Part shown: positions 17,036-26,192 of the stretch, piece by piece
Position numbering within the stretch: the stretch's first letter is position 1
Layout: each line of letters begins with the position of its first letter
Origin: an uncultured Gammaproteobacteria bacterium
GTDB lineage: Bacteria; Patescibacteriota; Microgenomatia; Daviesbacterales; UBA10151
Reading direction: 5' to 3'
Length of the DNA: 64,000 bases
Assembly: GCA_964387865.1 (NCBI GenBank)
Contig: CAYLXC010000001.1
Location: forward strand, 50,597 to 114,596
Program-made: the position numbers and the translations under genes
The notes under the pieces: model-generated
Seen by the model: the letters and a program-made list of their open reading frames with translations, nothing else
Told to the model about the DNA's origin: nothing
Databases searched by the model: none

Positions 17036-17914
17036 ATGGGTACTGAAGAAACTCAAGAAATAGCTTTCCCAGAAGGCGAAATTCAAGGCCGTGGAGATTT
17101 AGAAAATATACTTGTACAAGCAGTTAGAGAGGATAAATCAATACTACCTGAAGAACTACCAGATCAATTGACCTCGTTTGGAATTGAGAGATATATTAAT
17201 TGGATATCAGAACAAGCAAAGAATGATCCAAGAAATAGAGAGTATGCGGGAGAACTTCACATTGATGCGAATGGTAGATTTATCTACTCGAAAAGACCTA
17301 ACAAAGGATCTGAAATTTCAGTTACACCTAGGGTCACGAAAAACTACGATAAGTTTGCGACAGCTGTCTTAGTACATACCCATCCAGATTCTACATCCTT
17401 CTCAGATAGAGACTTATTAAATGTAAATCTCACAATAATACAATCAGTATCCACAACTGAATTTAATTACATTCTAATAAGAAACCCTGAAATTCTTATC
17501 GCCGAAGGTGAAAGTGATAAATTCCGCGAGGATTCCGATGAAAACCAAAAAGAATGGGCAGCGAGCATAGGTGGACTTAGGGGGACTATTACAGGTGTTG
17601 TTATGAGAGAAAACGGATTAACTTTGAATAACCCACAAGGCCAAAAATATAAATCAATTATATTGAATCTAGTAAAACATATGGAAGTTAGTATCTTTGG
17701 AGCAGACTTGACTAGATACATGCATACACTCGATTTTGCTCGTTTGACAGCTAATAAATACGGCTTAGGATTTTATTATTCGGAGAAAGATGGAATATAT
17801 AGAAGGGTTAAACCATCATTTCTTAATGACTTCACAACAAGAGTAAATCAAGAATTAGTAGAACGGGCCTACCAAGAATTACCAGGTAAACTTGCAGTCA
17901 TAAAAGAAGGCTAA
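17036..17914 (+). CDS. hypothetical protein (292 aa) with a possible JAB/MPN-like metal site (LVHTHPDSTSFSDRD)
   Basis: Its start is 1 nt after the cca stop, so it is co-transcribed. There is an HxH-x6-S-x2-D pattern preceded by acidic residues. Composition is GC-richer. Confidence 0.45.
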   Translation: MGTEETQEIAFPEGEIQGRGDLENILVQAVREDKSILPEELPDQLTSFGIERYINWISEQAKNDPRNREYAGELHIDANGRFIYSKRPNKGSEISVTPRVTKNYDKFATAVLVHTHPDSTSFSDRDLLNVNLTIIQSVSTTEFNYILIRNPEILIAEGESDKFREDSDENQKEWAASIGGLRGTITGVVMRENGLTLNNPQGQKYKSIILNLVKHMEVSIFGADLTRYMHTLDFARLTANKYGLGFYYSEKDGIYRRVKPSFLNDFTTRVNQELVERAYQELPGKLAVIKEG

Positions 17915-17984
17915 AAATAATTATGGGCTAGCTTGCTAGAGTATATTTTTTGATCCATTGATTTAAATCATTAAAACAAAAAAT

Positions 17985-18176
17985 CTAAACAGTTTGCTGC
18001 TTTAAACGTTGATTCTCTAGATGTTTACCAATAGCATGATCAATCCCTGCTCCAATTGCCATAATCGCTGCAAAACCCATATGACCTAGAAATAGTGCTA
18101 TAGCAGCAGCCCCTATTTCTACATTTCTTAGTGTATATGATACTTTCTCTAAAAATCCTCCTTTTTCTCTTTCCAT
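17985..18176 (-). CDS. small hydrophobic protein (63 aa), possible
   Basis: ORF at the end of the secF operon with one predicted TM segment. Weak support. Confidence 0.25.
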   Translation of the reverse strand: MEREKGGFLEKVSYTLRNVEIGAAAIALFLGHMGFAAIMAIGAGIDHAIGKHLENQRLKQQTV

Positions 18177-18191
18177 ATGGGTATTTTACCA

Positions 18192-19079
18192 CTAATGCCT
18201 TAATTTTTCTTCCCACCAGACCAAAAGAGCTGTTGCATTAAATATTGAAGAGTATGTTCCGGAAATTATCCCAATTAAAAGTGCTACAACAAACCACCTG
18301 ATTGTTTCCCCACCAAATAATAGCAGTGCTATTAAAACAAAAACCACAGTTAAAGATGTATTTAACGATCTTCCCAAAGTTTGTATAACAGATAAATTTG
18401 CAACATCAATAAATTTTCTTCCAATATTTTTCAAAAGATTTTCCCTGATTCTGTCAAAAACAACAATCGTGTCATGTACTGAAAATCCAATAACTGTTAA
18501 AAGCGCTGTCACAAAGAGTGTGTCCACTTCAACTGACAAAAATTTCCCCAAGATAGCAAATACCCCAACCACAACCAAAATATCATGAATTAAAGCAATC
18601 ACTGCTGCAATTCCAAACCGCCATGAAGAAGCAGGTTTAGGAACTTTTCTAAAAGAAAATGAAATATATAAAACAATCATTAAAGAAGTCAGAAGCAAAG
18701 CATAAGCTGCTTTTTGCTCAAGCTCTTTCCCGATAACTGGGCCTACAAATTCCTGCCTTCTCTCTTCCACAATTCCGAACTTTTCAGTCAAGCTTTTCTT
18801 AACGGCAGAGATTTTCCCTTGCTCCAGTGGTTTAGTTCTAATAATGTAGGTTTTATCTCCTGATTGAGTTATCTGACCCACTTCTACTCCATTCTCTGAC
18901 ACTATTTTTTTCAGCTCTTCCCTATCAACATTTCCTTCTATTCTGTACTCAAGCAATGCCCCTCCAGTAAAATCTATTCCAAGTTTTAGTCCTGAAGTTA
19001 AAAGAAAATAAAGCCCGGGTAAAATTATTAAAATTGAAAAAACAAAATAAAAAACTTTGTAACGCATTAAATTAATCAT
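18192..19079 (-). CDS. secF: protein translocase subunit SecF
   Basis: GIDFTGGALLEY motif and six-TM SecF architecture. Confidence 0.85.
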   Translation of the reverse strand: MINLMRYKVFYFVFSILIILPGLYFLLTSGLKLGIDFTGGALLEYRIEGNVDREELKKIVSENGVEVGQITQSGDKTYIIRTKPLEQGKISAVKKSLTEKFGIVEERRQEFVGPVIGKELEQKAAYALLLTSLMIVLYISFSFRKVPKPASSWRFGIAAVIALIHDILVVVGVFAILGKFLSVEVDTLFVTALLTVIGFSVHDTIVVFDRIRENLLKNIGRKFIDVANLSVIQTLGRSLNTSLTVVFVLIALLLFGGETIRWFVVALLIGIISGTYSSIFNATALLVWWEEKLRH

Positions 19080-19086
19080 TTTTTCT

Positions 19087-19416
19087 TTACCGCCTTTGGC
19101 GAATCTCCTTAATATCCTGGTGAAGCTCTACTGTCAAATCATCTGCTACTTTTTTAATCTTTTCTTCAATATTATCTACTTTTCCATTCAAAAATTCCCA
19201 GATTTTATCATCATCCCCTTCATGGACATGTTTTAAAAATACTCTTTTATCCTCCTCTGATAATTCTGAAAGGATTGCATCTAAAATAGTATGGTGAAGT
19301 GATGAATCTATAAGCGTTGCAAGATGTAATCGTTGCTCCTCAGACAAATCTAACTTATCAAGTTCTAAAGTTATAGATTCTATCTCAATTAGATGATGGT
19401 AAAATTGTTTTTTCAT
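19087..19416 (-). CDS. hypothetical acidic protein (109 aa)
   Basis: ORF overlapping neighbours by 4 nt within the secD-secF operon. Confidence 0.45.
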   Translation of the reverse strand: MKKQFYHHLIEIESITLELDKLDLSEEQRLHLATLIDSSLHHTILDAILSELSEEDKRVFLKHVHEGDDDKIWEFLNGKVDNIEEKIKKVADDLTVELHQDIKEIRQRR

Positions 19417-20312
19417 CCTAGATTGTTTACCTTAACTGGACCTAAAGGCACTTTATTATCCGGATCATTTATAAAAAAATAAAGCACTGGTCCTTTCCTT
19501 GGCCCGGTTGCCAATCCAACCATATCCATAACCTCAGGTGAACCCCCTAAGTGTTTACCTGTCCACTGAGCAGGACCAGCATCCCCAATAACCGCAACAA
19601 CAGCCTGCCCTGTTTTAGGATTTGCAATAAGCATTTTTCTATATTTAAAAAAGTCTCTATATTTTCCTACATTTTCCGCAAAACCAGGAGCCAAAAATGT
19701 TTGAATTGCCAAATAATATTTTTCCCTTTGTTTATCAATTTCACTAAATTCTTGTTTCGAGTGAGAAAAATATCCCCAAGCCCCTAAACCATGTGCAATA
19801 CCGGATGATCCGTACTTTGCCCAATCTACGGAAGTGTCTGCATGAGCATGTAAATTATCACCGGGATAGCGGTAAAGATGTTGCTCTCCTCCAATCAATC
19901 CGTAATTCCTGTTAAGTCTAATTCCATCAATTTGAGAAACCACGCTAAATTCAAAATTTTTGGAAAGTATATCTAAAATTTTTGCCTCCTCCTCTTCCGA
20001 TAAAGACCTCACTTCCTCGGGAACCTCTTTAGATAACTCATGAGCAAGTAATATATTTTGATCGAAACCTTCTAAAATATCATCTTTGCTTTGGGCTAAA
20101 GGAGTTTGTGGCAAAATAGGATTATGTGGAACTGATAATAGTAAAAGTCCACTCAATGATCCTAAAGCCAAATGTTTTGCTGAAACATTTTTGCTAAGCC
20201 AGTTTAGAGAATCCTTATGTTTGTCCCATAAATTTTGTTGGATTGTCCTGTGTTTGGCAACCCATTTTTTCCTTAAATTCTCATAATGCGGCCTTTTAGA
20301 TTTAAATTTCAT
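19413..20312 (-). CDS. membrane-anchored protein with C-terminal RlpA-like double-psi beta-barrel (lytic transglycosylase-like) domain
   Basis: N-terminal TM. The C-terminus LIANPKTGQAVVAVIGDAGP...GSPEVMDMVGL resembles the RlpA/3D-domain consensus (V.V.N..NG.SV.V.V.DRGP...IDLS). Confidence 0.45.
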   Translation of the reverse strand: MKFKSKRPHYENLRKKWVAKHRTIQQNLWDKHKDSLNWLSKNVSAKHLALGSLSGLLLLSVPHNPILPQTPLAQSKDDILEGFDQNILLAHELSKEVPEEVRSLSEEEEAKILDILSKNFEFSVVSQIDGIRLNRNYGLIGGEQHLYRYPGDNLHAHADTSVDWAKYGSSGIAHGLGAWGYFSHSKQEFSEIDKQREKYYLAIQTFLAPGFAENVGKYRDFFKYRKMLIANPKTGQAVVAVIGDAGPAQWTGKHLGGSPEVMDMVGLATGPRKGPVLYFFINDPDNKVPLGPVKVNNLG

Positions 20313-20316
20313 AAAT

Positions 20317-21582
20317 TTAGCGGATAATAAGTTTTAAAAATGTCCTGGTTACAACTATTGCTGAAAACATGGAGACTAAAACTCCGATTGAAAGCGTTAT
20401 TGCAAAACCCCTAACAATTGATGTACCAAAATAATATAGTATTGATGCAGTTATTAGGGAAGAAACATTTGAGGCCCAAATTGATGTCCAGGCTCTTTTA
20501 AACCCAAGCTCCAGTGCCGTTGTTTCAGATTTTCCCCATCTTTTCTCTTCTTTCATTCTTTCAAAAATCAAAATATTTGCATCAACCGCCATACCTATTG
20601 ATAAAATAAATCCTGCAATCCCTGCCAAAGTTAATGTAACTGGTGGGAGTAAGAATAATCCGGTTTTAAAAATTGCCAAAACCAAAATCGTATAAATTAT
20701 TAAAGCTAAATCTGCAACTAAACCTAAAAGTCCATAATATACTCCCATGTATATAGCGACAATTCCCAATCCTATAATTCCTGCAATCAGACTTTTATTA
20801 ACAGACTCCTCTCCTAAAGTTGGACCAATATGGCGCTGTTCCAAAATTTTAATTGGAACTGGTAATGCTCCTGCATTAAGTTGTACCGCCAAATTTTTAG
20901 CCTCATCTGTTGAAAATTGTCCTGTAATTACCGCGTTTCCTCCTAAAATTTCCTGCTGAACAATCGGAGGAGGCCAGCTAATTGGCACCTCATCCAAAAA
21001 CATAGCCAAAGGTTTATTTACATTTCTTTTTGTTATATCGGCAAATTTTTTTGCCCCATCAGCTGAAAACTCAATTGCAACTTGTGGTCCAGCTTGCGCT
21101 ACCCCTCCCCCAAAGGTAACCTGAGCTCTTTTTAGATCAGCTCCTGTTAGTCCGGTTGATTTAAACTGGCCTAACATTGCCTCAGCAGATTGAGTCGCCT
21201 CTGCAGATGGAGTTCCAATCATCTCTCTAAAATCCAACTGGGCAGTTTTACCAACTAAATCTGCTGCGGCAGAGGCATCCTTCAAACCAGGTAACTCCAC
21301 AAGTATTCTCCTCTCATCACCAATCTTGGAAGTCTGAACTAATGCCTCTGAAATCCCAAATAAATTAACCCTTCTTTCAATTACCTCTTTTGCAGATTCC
21401 AAGGCACTATCCCGATCTGCTTTTTCAATTTTATCCATTTGTGTTTGCAAAACCAATTGTGTCCCACCCTGTAAATCTAACCCTAATTTAAGTGGGAAGT
21501 TTATAGGTAATGGAAGATCTATAACTAATGCGAGTAAGGCAATAGCAACAATAAACCAAGGTAGAATCCGAGGTTTCATCAC
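20317..21582 (-). CDS. secD: protein translocase subunit SecD
   Basis: SecD periplasmic domain and C-terminal six-TM bundle (LDLQGGTQLVL near the N-terminus). Confidence 0.85.
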   Translation of the reverse strand: MMKPRILPWFIVAIALLALVIDLPLPINFPLKLGLDLQGGTQLVLQTQMDKIEKADRDSALESAKEVIERRVNLFGISEALVQTSKIGDERRILVELPGLKDASAAADLVGKTAQLDFREMIGTPSAEATQSAEAMLGQFKSTGLTGADLKRAQVTFGGGVAQAGPQVAIEFSADGAKKFADITKRNVNKPLAMFLDEVPISWPPPIVQQEILGGNAVITGQFSTDEAKNLAVQLNAGALPVPIKILEQRHIGPTLGEESVNKSLIAGIIGLGIVAIYMGVYYGLLGLVADLALIIYTILVLAIFKTGLFLLPPVTLTLAGIAGFILSIGMAVDANILIFERMKEEKRWGKSETTALELGFKRAWTSIWASNVSSLITASILYYFGTSIVRGFAITLSIGVLVSMFSAIVVTRTFLKLIIR

Positions 21583-22179
21583 CTATACCAACACCCCTTC
21601 CAACATCTCATCTTCATCCCCTGAAAGCATTACTTTAGATTGAGTCAAAACTCTTAAAATAAAAGGGTCACGCCTCTTAACTCTAAATTGAAATTCCGCC
21701 TCATCCATAAATGAATAATTTATTTCCTGTTCCCTTTTTGCCTGCTCATCGGAAATTATCGCTTGAAGTTCTGGTAAAACTATACTTCCAACAACCAATA
21801 CATCAACATCTTCTGATTCCGATACTCCCCCTTTTAAAAATTTCGTGGATATAAAGGCAAATTTTATTTTGCCAAGCTTTACTTTATTTCTAATGAGATT
21901 TCCACCTAAACCTGTTGTTTTTGCAACCAAAGATAAAAGCTCTTTATAAAAAAGGTAATCTTTTCTAAATCTGTAAAGTCTTCTGTTTGCCCGCCACTCA
22001 GATGTAACCATACCAAATTTTTCCATTCTTCCAAGCTCTCTTCTAACTGCATTAATTTCCTCAGAGACTCTTCTTACAATTTCACGAACATGAAAAAGAC
22101 TATCTTGAGAAGATGATAAAAAAAGCTGTAATATTTTTACCCGGACTCTTGATACAAAAAGTTCTTCTAACATTGCCAC
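21583..22179 (-). CDS. winged-helix DNA-binding domain fused to a minimal nucleotidyltransferase domain (198 aa)
   Basis: N-terminal wHTH-like segment (VKILQLF...FHVREIVRRV). C-terminal GG...SESEDVDVLVVGS matches the hG[GS]...DxD minimal NTase motif. Confidence 0.45.
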   Translation of the reverse strand: MAMLEELFVSRVRVKILQLFLSSSQDSLFHVREIVRRVSEEINAVRRELGRMEKFGMVTSEWRANRRLYRFRKDYLFYKELLSLVAKTTGLGGNLIRNKVKLGKIKFAFISTKFLKGGVSESEDVDVLVVGSIVLPELQAIISDEQAKREQEINYSFMDEAEFQFRVKRRDPFILRVLTQSKVMLSGDEDEMLEGVLV

Positions 22180-22210
22180 CTCCTTTCAGGCAGGCAATAA
22201 GGACCTGAAT

Positions 22211-23401
22211 TTAGAATTCAACCTTGGATCCCTCCGGGACAGTTTGGATCCAGACTTGTCCTTTGTTAAATTCTATTTCTTGATTTCTAGAATCAACAAA
22301 CTTTGTTCTTACAGTTCTTGATGATTTATTCCACTTACCTTCTATTACATTTCCATCTTGGAAAATTAAAGCTTTCCCTACTCCTTTTGTACCATAAAGA
22401 AGATGTAAATTATTTGGATAACCATCATTTGCATTTGATTCTCTCATAAATTGTACAATGATATTTTTAGCCATTAGTTGCTCCTTATTATTTAGATCTA
22501 TATGATCCTCCCCATTTTTTCTTTTATAAGAACTAGACATTGGATCATACGTCCACTGAACCTGGTAATCCGGCTGAGACTCCCAGAAATTGACTTTAAT
22601 TTGAGTTACTTGCCCCGAGCTTACCGATTGGGTCGAAGGATCCTTAAACTTCCAAGGAACAAAGTTCTCATCCCATCTTACTCCATCTGAATCAGTTGCT
22701 ATCCATCCCCTTTTTGCTCCAACTTCCCAAAGCTTTTGTGTTGTTGAATACATTGTATGTTCTGTTGCAACAGAATGTCCTAACCTTTGATAATCTCTCC
22801 AAAATACAGGAAAACCAATAGAAAATTGATTCAAATCTTTTACTCCATATCTTATAATTTGGCCTAAAGCATCCGCAGGTCCAGGTGTATTTGCTCCACC
22901 AACATGAGCATAAAGTGCATCATATTCCCCTAACCAATCCAAATAATAAGTTCTTGCAGAGCGAACTGGCCCAACTTGAACATCTGATAAATGACAATAG
23001 AAAATTGCCATAAAGCGGGTGATCCCACCCTCTGCAACAGCCTCATAAATAATATCTGCAGAAGATAAACCAGATTGCGGTCTTGCTTCTTTGTGATTCT
23101 CAATCATAATAGCCAAAGGACGTCTTTTCTCCCAAAATTCTTTGGCCTTTTTTGTATGCATCCGTCCATTAAGAGGACAACTTTCTGTCCTTGGCTCGTT
23201 TGGATCTTCTGCTAAAGCACCTTCTGGAGTAGGAACAGAGGATTTTGATTCCTCCTCACTTGGCAGAGTCTTCACAAATTTACTAAACAGTGTATAGGAA
23301 ACAGATGATGATGCAGCATAAAAAACTACTGCCAAAATTATTAAAACTAAAATCTTTTGTAAATTAGTTAATCCTTGAAACGTCTCAGTAACTTTATCCA
23401 T
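22211..23401 (-). CDS. membrane-anchored/secreted hypothetical protein (396 aa; DUF3048-like by memory)
   Basis: N-terminal TM followed by a large extracytoplasmic domain. No catalytic motifs recognised. Confidence 0.5.
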   Translation of the reverse strand: MDKVTETFQGLTNLQKILVLIILAVVFYAASSSVSYTLFSKFVKTLPSEEESKSSVPTPEGALAEDPNEPRTESCPLNGRMHTKKAKEFWEKRRPLAIMIENHKEARPQSGLSSADIIYEAVAEGGITRFMAIFYCHLSDVQVGPVRSARTYYLDWLGEYDALYAHVGGANTPGPADALGQIIRYGVKDLNQFSIGFPVFWRDYQRLGHSVATEHTMYSTTQKLWEVGAKRGWIATDSDGVRWDENFVPWKFKDPSTQSVSSGQVTQIKVNFWESQPDYQVQWTYDPMSSSYKRKNGEDHIDLNNKEQLMAKNIIVQFMRESNANDGYPNNLHLLYGTKGVGKALIFQDGNVIEGKWNKSSRTVRTKFVDSRNQEIEFNKGQVWIQTVPEGSKVEF

Positions 23402-23867
23402 TTTGTAAAGCCCTCCTTACTATTGTCTCCTCTTCTTCAGAAAACTGATATTTGCTTGCTCTCCCCTCACTTACCGGTTTTGCAAAAATTCTTGTGCCAG
23501 ATCTTGCGTGTAAACTGGTCAAAACAATTCCTGATCCTTCTTCATCAAGCAAAGCCAAAGTAAAACTCTGATCCCCGCCTGTATCATCATATGGGTTATA
23601 ACGCAAGAGTTCTATTCTTTGAATATAACTCATTCCCTTTTTCTCAAAATTATTCAATTTCTTTTTAAATTCATCCGAGCCTAACTTAAATTCTTCAATC
23701 TGATTTAAAACTTCCTCAAACTTTTGCCTTATATCTCTTTCTCCTGATTTTGGAAAAAGAGATTTTAAGAAATTATTTTGCCTCCCAACCAAATAACTTA
23801 AAACCAAAAGCCAAATAAAAACTGTCGCAACTGCCCCTGCGGCAAAGACGGACCAATCCGAATACAT
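23394..23867 (-). CDS. membrane-anchored hypothetical protein (157 aa; DUF4446-like by memory)
   Basis: N-terminal TM and coiled-coil. First gene of the operon leading to secDF. Confidence 0.5.
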   Translation of the reverse strand: MYSDWSVFAAGAVATVFIWLLVLSYLVGRQNNFLKSLFPKSGERDIRQKFEEVLNQIEEFKLGSDEFKKKLNNFEKKGMSYIQRIELLRYNPYDDTGGDQSFTLALLDEEGSGIVLTSLHARSGTRIFAKPVSEGRASKYQFSEEEETIVRRALQNG

Positions 23868-24038
23868 ATATTACTCTTTTATAATAGAGGATGTGAACAA
23901 AATTTGTCAATCCCGATTAAACGGGATCAACTACTCAGACATTTATTTGTATTGACACAATAACCCATAGTTTTAGCTTCATTTGGTGCTTGACATGCGT
24001 GAGTGTTCATGCTAGGCTCAATTGTGCGTAGCCAAGTT

Positions 24039-24067
24039 TGACTTGGTGTATAGCTTGCGCATAATAT
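24039..24067 (+). promoter_or_regulatory. sigma70-like promoter (TTGACT - 17 nt - ATAATA)
   Basis: Hexamers at 24039-24044 and 24062-24067, immediately before ATG 24066. Possible leaderless start. Confidence 0.4.
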
Positions 24068-24380
24068 GGCCATCCATCAAACTAAGAAACAATCGGATCT
24101 GGAGAAAAGGCTAAAGCTTCTTCGTCAGCAAGTGTATGGAAAAGCACAGGATAACAGGTCAGTAGTGAGAGGTGAGAAATCCCACATCTCTGCCCTGAGC
24201 GCACTTGTGGTGAGCGCAGTCGAACCAGTCGAAGGGCCACATCCCACATCCCACACAGATGTTTCCTATCTTTACCAGGATCTTCTAAAAATTGGCATTT
24301 TTGCCTCTGTTGCAATAGGAGTTCAAATAATACTATTTATCCTTTCGAAAAACCATATTCTGAATCTAAATTTCTTTTGA
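24066..24380 (+). CDS. hypothetical small protein (104 aa) with N-terminal coiled-coil and C-terminal TM
   Basis: The ORF begins at the promoter. Its stop codon abuts hairpin 'ggaagtctaacttcc' upstream of the next gene. Confidence 0.3.
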   Translation: MAIHQTKKQSDLEKRLKLLRQQVYGKAQDNRSVVRGEKSHISALSALVVSAVEPVEGPHPTSHTDVSYLYQDLLKIGIFASVAIGVQIILFILSKNHILNLNFF

Positions 24381-24417
24381 GGAAGTCTAACTTCCTGAAG
24401 GGAGGTGAATTTATCTT

Positions 24418-24555
24418 ATGCAGATGTATTGCGTAAAATGCCGCACTAAAAGAGATGCTGAAAATGTTCAACAAGTTACCATGAAAAATGGTAAGAAAGC
24501 TTCAAAAGGAACTTGCCCGGTTTGCGGTACTTCTATGTTTAGAATTGGCGGTTAA
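24418..24555 (+). CDS. small zinc-ribbon protein (45 aa, CxxC...CxxC)
   Basis: SD GGGAGGTG lies 9 nt upstream. Sequence MQMYCVKCRTKRDAENVQQVTMKNGKKASKGTCPVCGTSMFRIGG has two CxxC pairs. It is below the ORF-table size cutoff. Confidence 0.5.
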   Translation: MQMYCVKCRTKRDAENVQQVTMKNGKKASKGTCPVCGTSMFRIGG

Positions 24556-24590
24556 TTTAGATGGTGAGATTTCACCAATTTCGAAAGGTC

Positions 24591-24616
24591 CTGCACCGTC
24601 TGGTGCGGGATTTTTC
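24591..24616. terminator. intrinsic terminator hairpin (gcacc-gtc-tggtgc + T5), potentially bidirectional between the zinc-ribbon gene and comM
   Basis: GC stem followed by TTTTT on the plus strand and preceded by an A-run on the minus strand. Confidence 0.45.
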
Positions 24617-24621
24617 GTGAC

Positions 24622-26151
24622 TTATAACTCTTCTCTTGCTCGATATTGTAATGCCTCTGCCACATGTTCTGTCTGAATATTTACCTCACCTGCTAAATCC
24701 GCAATAGTTCTTGCAAGTTTCAAAACCTTATGATATCCCCTTGCAGAAAGATTAAGGGAGGAGATTGCCATTTTCAAAAGATTTAATCCCTCTTGATCCA
24801 AATTACAATACTCTTTTATGTCACTATTGCTCATTTCAGAATTACTTATTATTCTTCCCTTGAATCTTCTCAGCTGGATTTTGCGAGCAGCGATAACCCT
24901 GTCCCTTATAGTTTTTGAATCTTCAAATTTCAAATCCGAAGATAATTTATCCACCTCAACTGCTGGTACTTCCAAATAAATATCAATCCTATCCAAGAGT
25001 GGGCCGGAAACTCTCCTTTTATACTTTGCAATTTGACCCGGCATACAAGAACAAATCCTTTTACGATCACCCAAAAATCCGCAAGGACAGGGGTTTTGTG
25101 CAGCAAAAAGCATAAATTGAGCTGGAAAAGTTAAAGAACCTGAAGCTCTTGAGACCGTTATTTTATGATCTTCTAAAGGCTGTCTTAAAGATTCCAAAAC
25201 ATGCCTTGGGAACTCCGGCAACTCGTCCAAAAACAATACCCCTCTGTGTGATAAAGAAATTTCCCCGGGCTTTATATTATTTCCTCCACCCAAAAGCCCA
25301 ACAGCTGAAGCACTGTGATGTGGTGACCTAAAAGGACGAGTTGTAATTAATGAAGATTTCCCATCCAAAAGCCCTGCAACAGAATAAATCTTTGTTATTT
25401 CCAAGGCTTCTTCAAAACTAAGTGGAGGCAAAATTGATGGAAAAGCTCTTGCAAGCATTGTTTTCCCAGCACCTGGTGGACCTTTCAATAAAATATTGTG
25501 TCCTCCTGCTGCAGCAATTTCTAAAGATCTTTTTGCCTGTTCCTGACCTTTTATTTGAGAAAAATCATAATCATATACCCCCTCACCATCCAGCTTTATA
25601 TTTGTTTTCTTAACAGATTTTAAATCTTTTTGCCCCAATAAATATTTGATTAAATCCTGTAAAGATTCAACTGAAAAAACATTCAAATTCTTAACAACAC
25701 TTGCCTCGGATGCATTATCTTTTGGAACAATGACCCCTTTTAATTTTTTCTCTTTTGCCAAAATTGCCAAAGGTAAAATACCATGAGTTCTTCTTAAAGC
25801 ACCGTCCAATGATAATTCCCCGACAAAAAGATAATTTTTCAAATCTTCAATTTTGTCAGTAGGGATTTGTCCGCTGGCAATAAGTAACCCCAAAGCAATT
25901 GGCAAATCATAAGATGGACCTTCCTTAGGCAGATCAGCAGGTGCCAAATTTACAGTAATTTTTCTGGAAGGAAATTCTGCCCCGCAATTTCTTATTGCGG
26001 ATCTAACTCTATCTTTGCTCTCTTCAACAGCCCTATCTGCCAAACCAACAATTGTAAAAGAAGGAAGGGATTGAGAGGAAATATCCACTTCAACAGTGAT
26101 AGGAACTGCATCCAACCCAATATTTGCCCCGGATAGTATTTTTGCAAGCAT
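24622..26151 (-). CDS. comM: YifB/ComM family Mg-chelatase-like AAA+ ATPase
   Basis: N-terminal ChlI-like domain, Walker A GPPGAGKT, and C-terminal Mg-chelatase C domain. 509 aa. Confidence 0.85.
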   Translation of the reverse strand: MLAKILSGANIGLDAVPITVEVDISSQSLPSFTIVGLADRAVEESKDRVRSAIRNCGAEFPSRKITVNLAPADLPKEGPSYDLPIALGLLIASGQIPTDKIEDLKNYLFVGELSLDGALRRTHGILPLAILAKEKKLKGVIVPKDNASEASVVKNLNVFSVESLQDLIKYLLGQKDLKSVKKTNIKLDGEGVYDYDFSQIKGQEQAKRSLEIAAAGGHNILLKGPPGAGKTMLARAFPSILPPLSFEEALEITKIYSVAGLLDGKSSLITTRPFRSPHHSASAVGLLGGGNNIKPGEISLSHRGVLFLDELPEFPRHVLESLRQPLEDHKITVSRASGSLTFPAQFMLFAAQNPCPCGFLGDRKRICSCMPGQIAKYKRRVSGPLLDRIDIYLEVPAVEVDKLSSDLKFEDSKTIRDRVIAARKIQLRRFKGRIISNSEMSNSDIKEYCNLDQEGLNLLKMAISSLNLSARGYHKVLKLARTIADLAGEVNIQTEHVAEALQYRAREEL

Positions 26152-26192
26152 CAGAAAAGGCAGGAATTTTTGGGGCAGAAATATTTTTTGTG

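Noticed and set aside
24560-24620. Similarity between 'tctggtgcgggatttttcgtgac' (24596-24618) and 'agatggtgcgggattcgtcactg' (26326-26348) flanking comM, considered as direct repeats of an inserted element
   Set aside because: The first is the stem and U-tract of an intrinsic terminator. The second lies inside the RNase P RNA. The 17-nt match is most likely a coincidental hairpin-like sequence.
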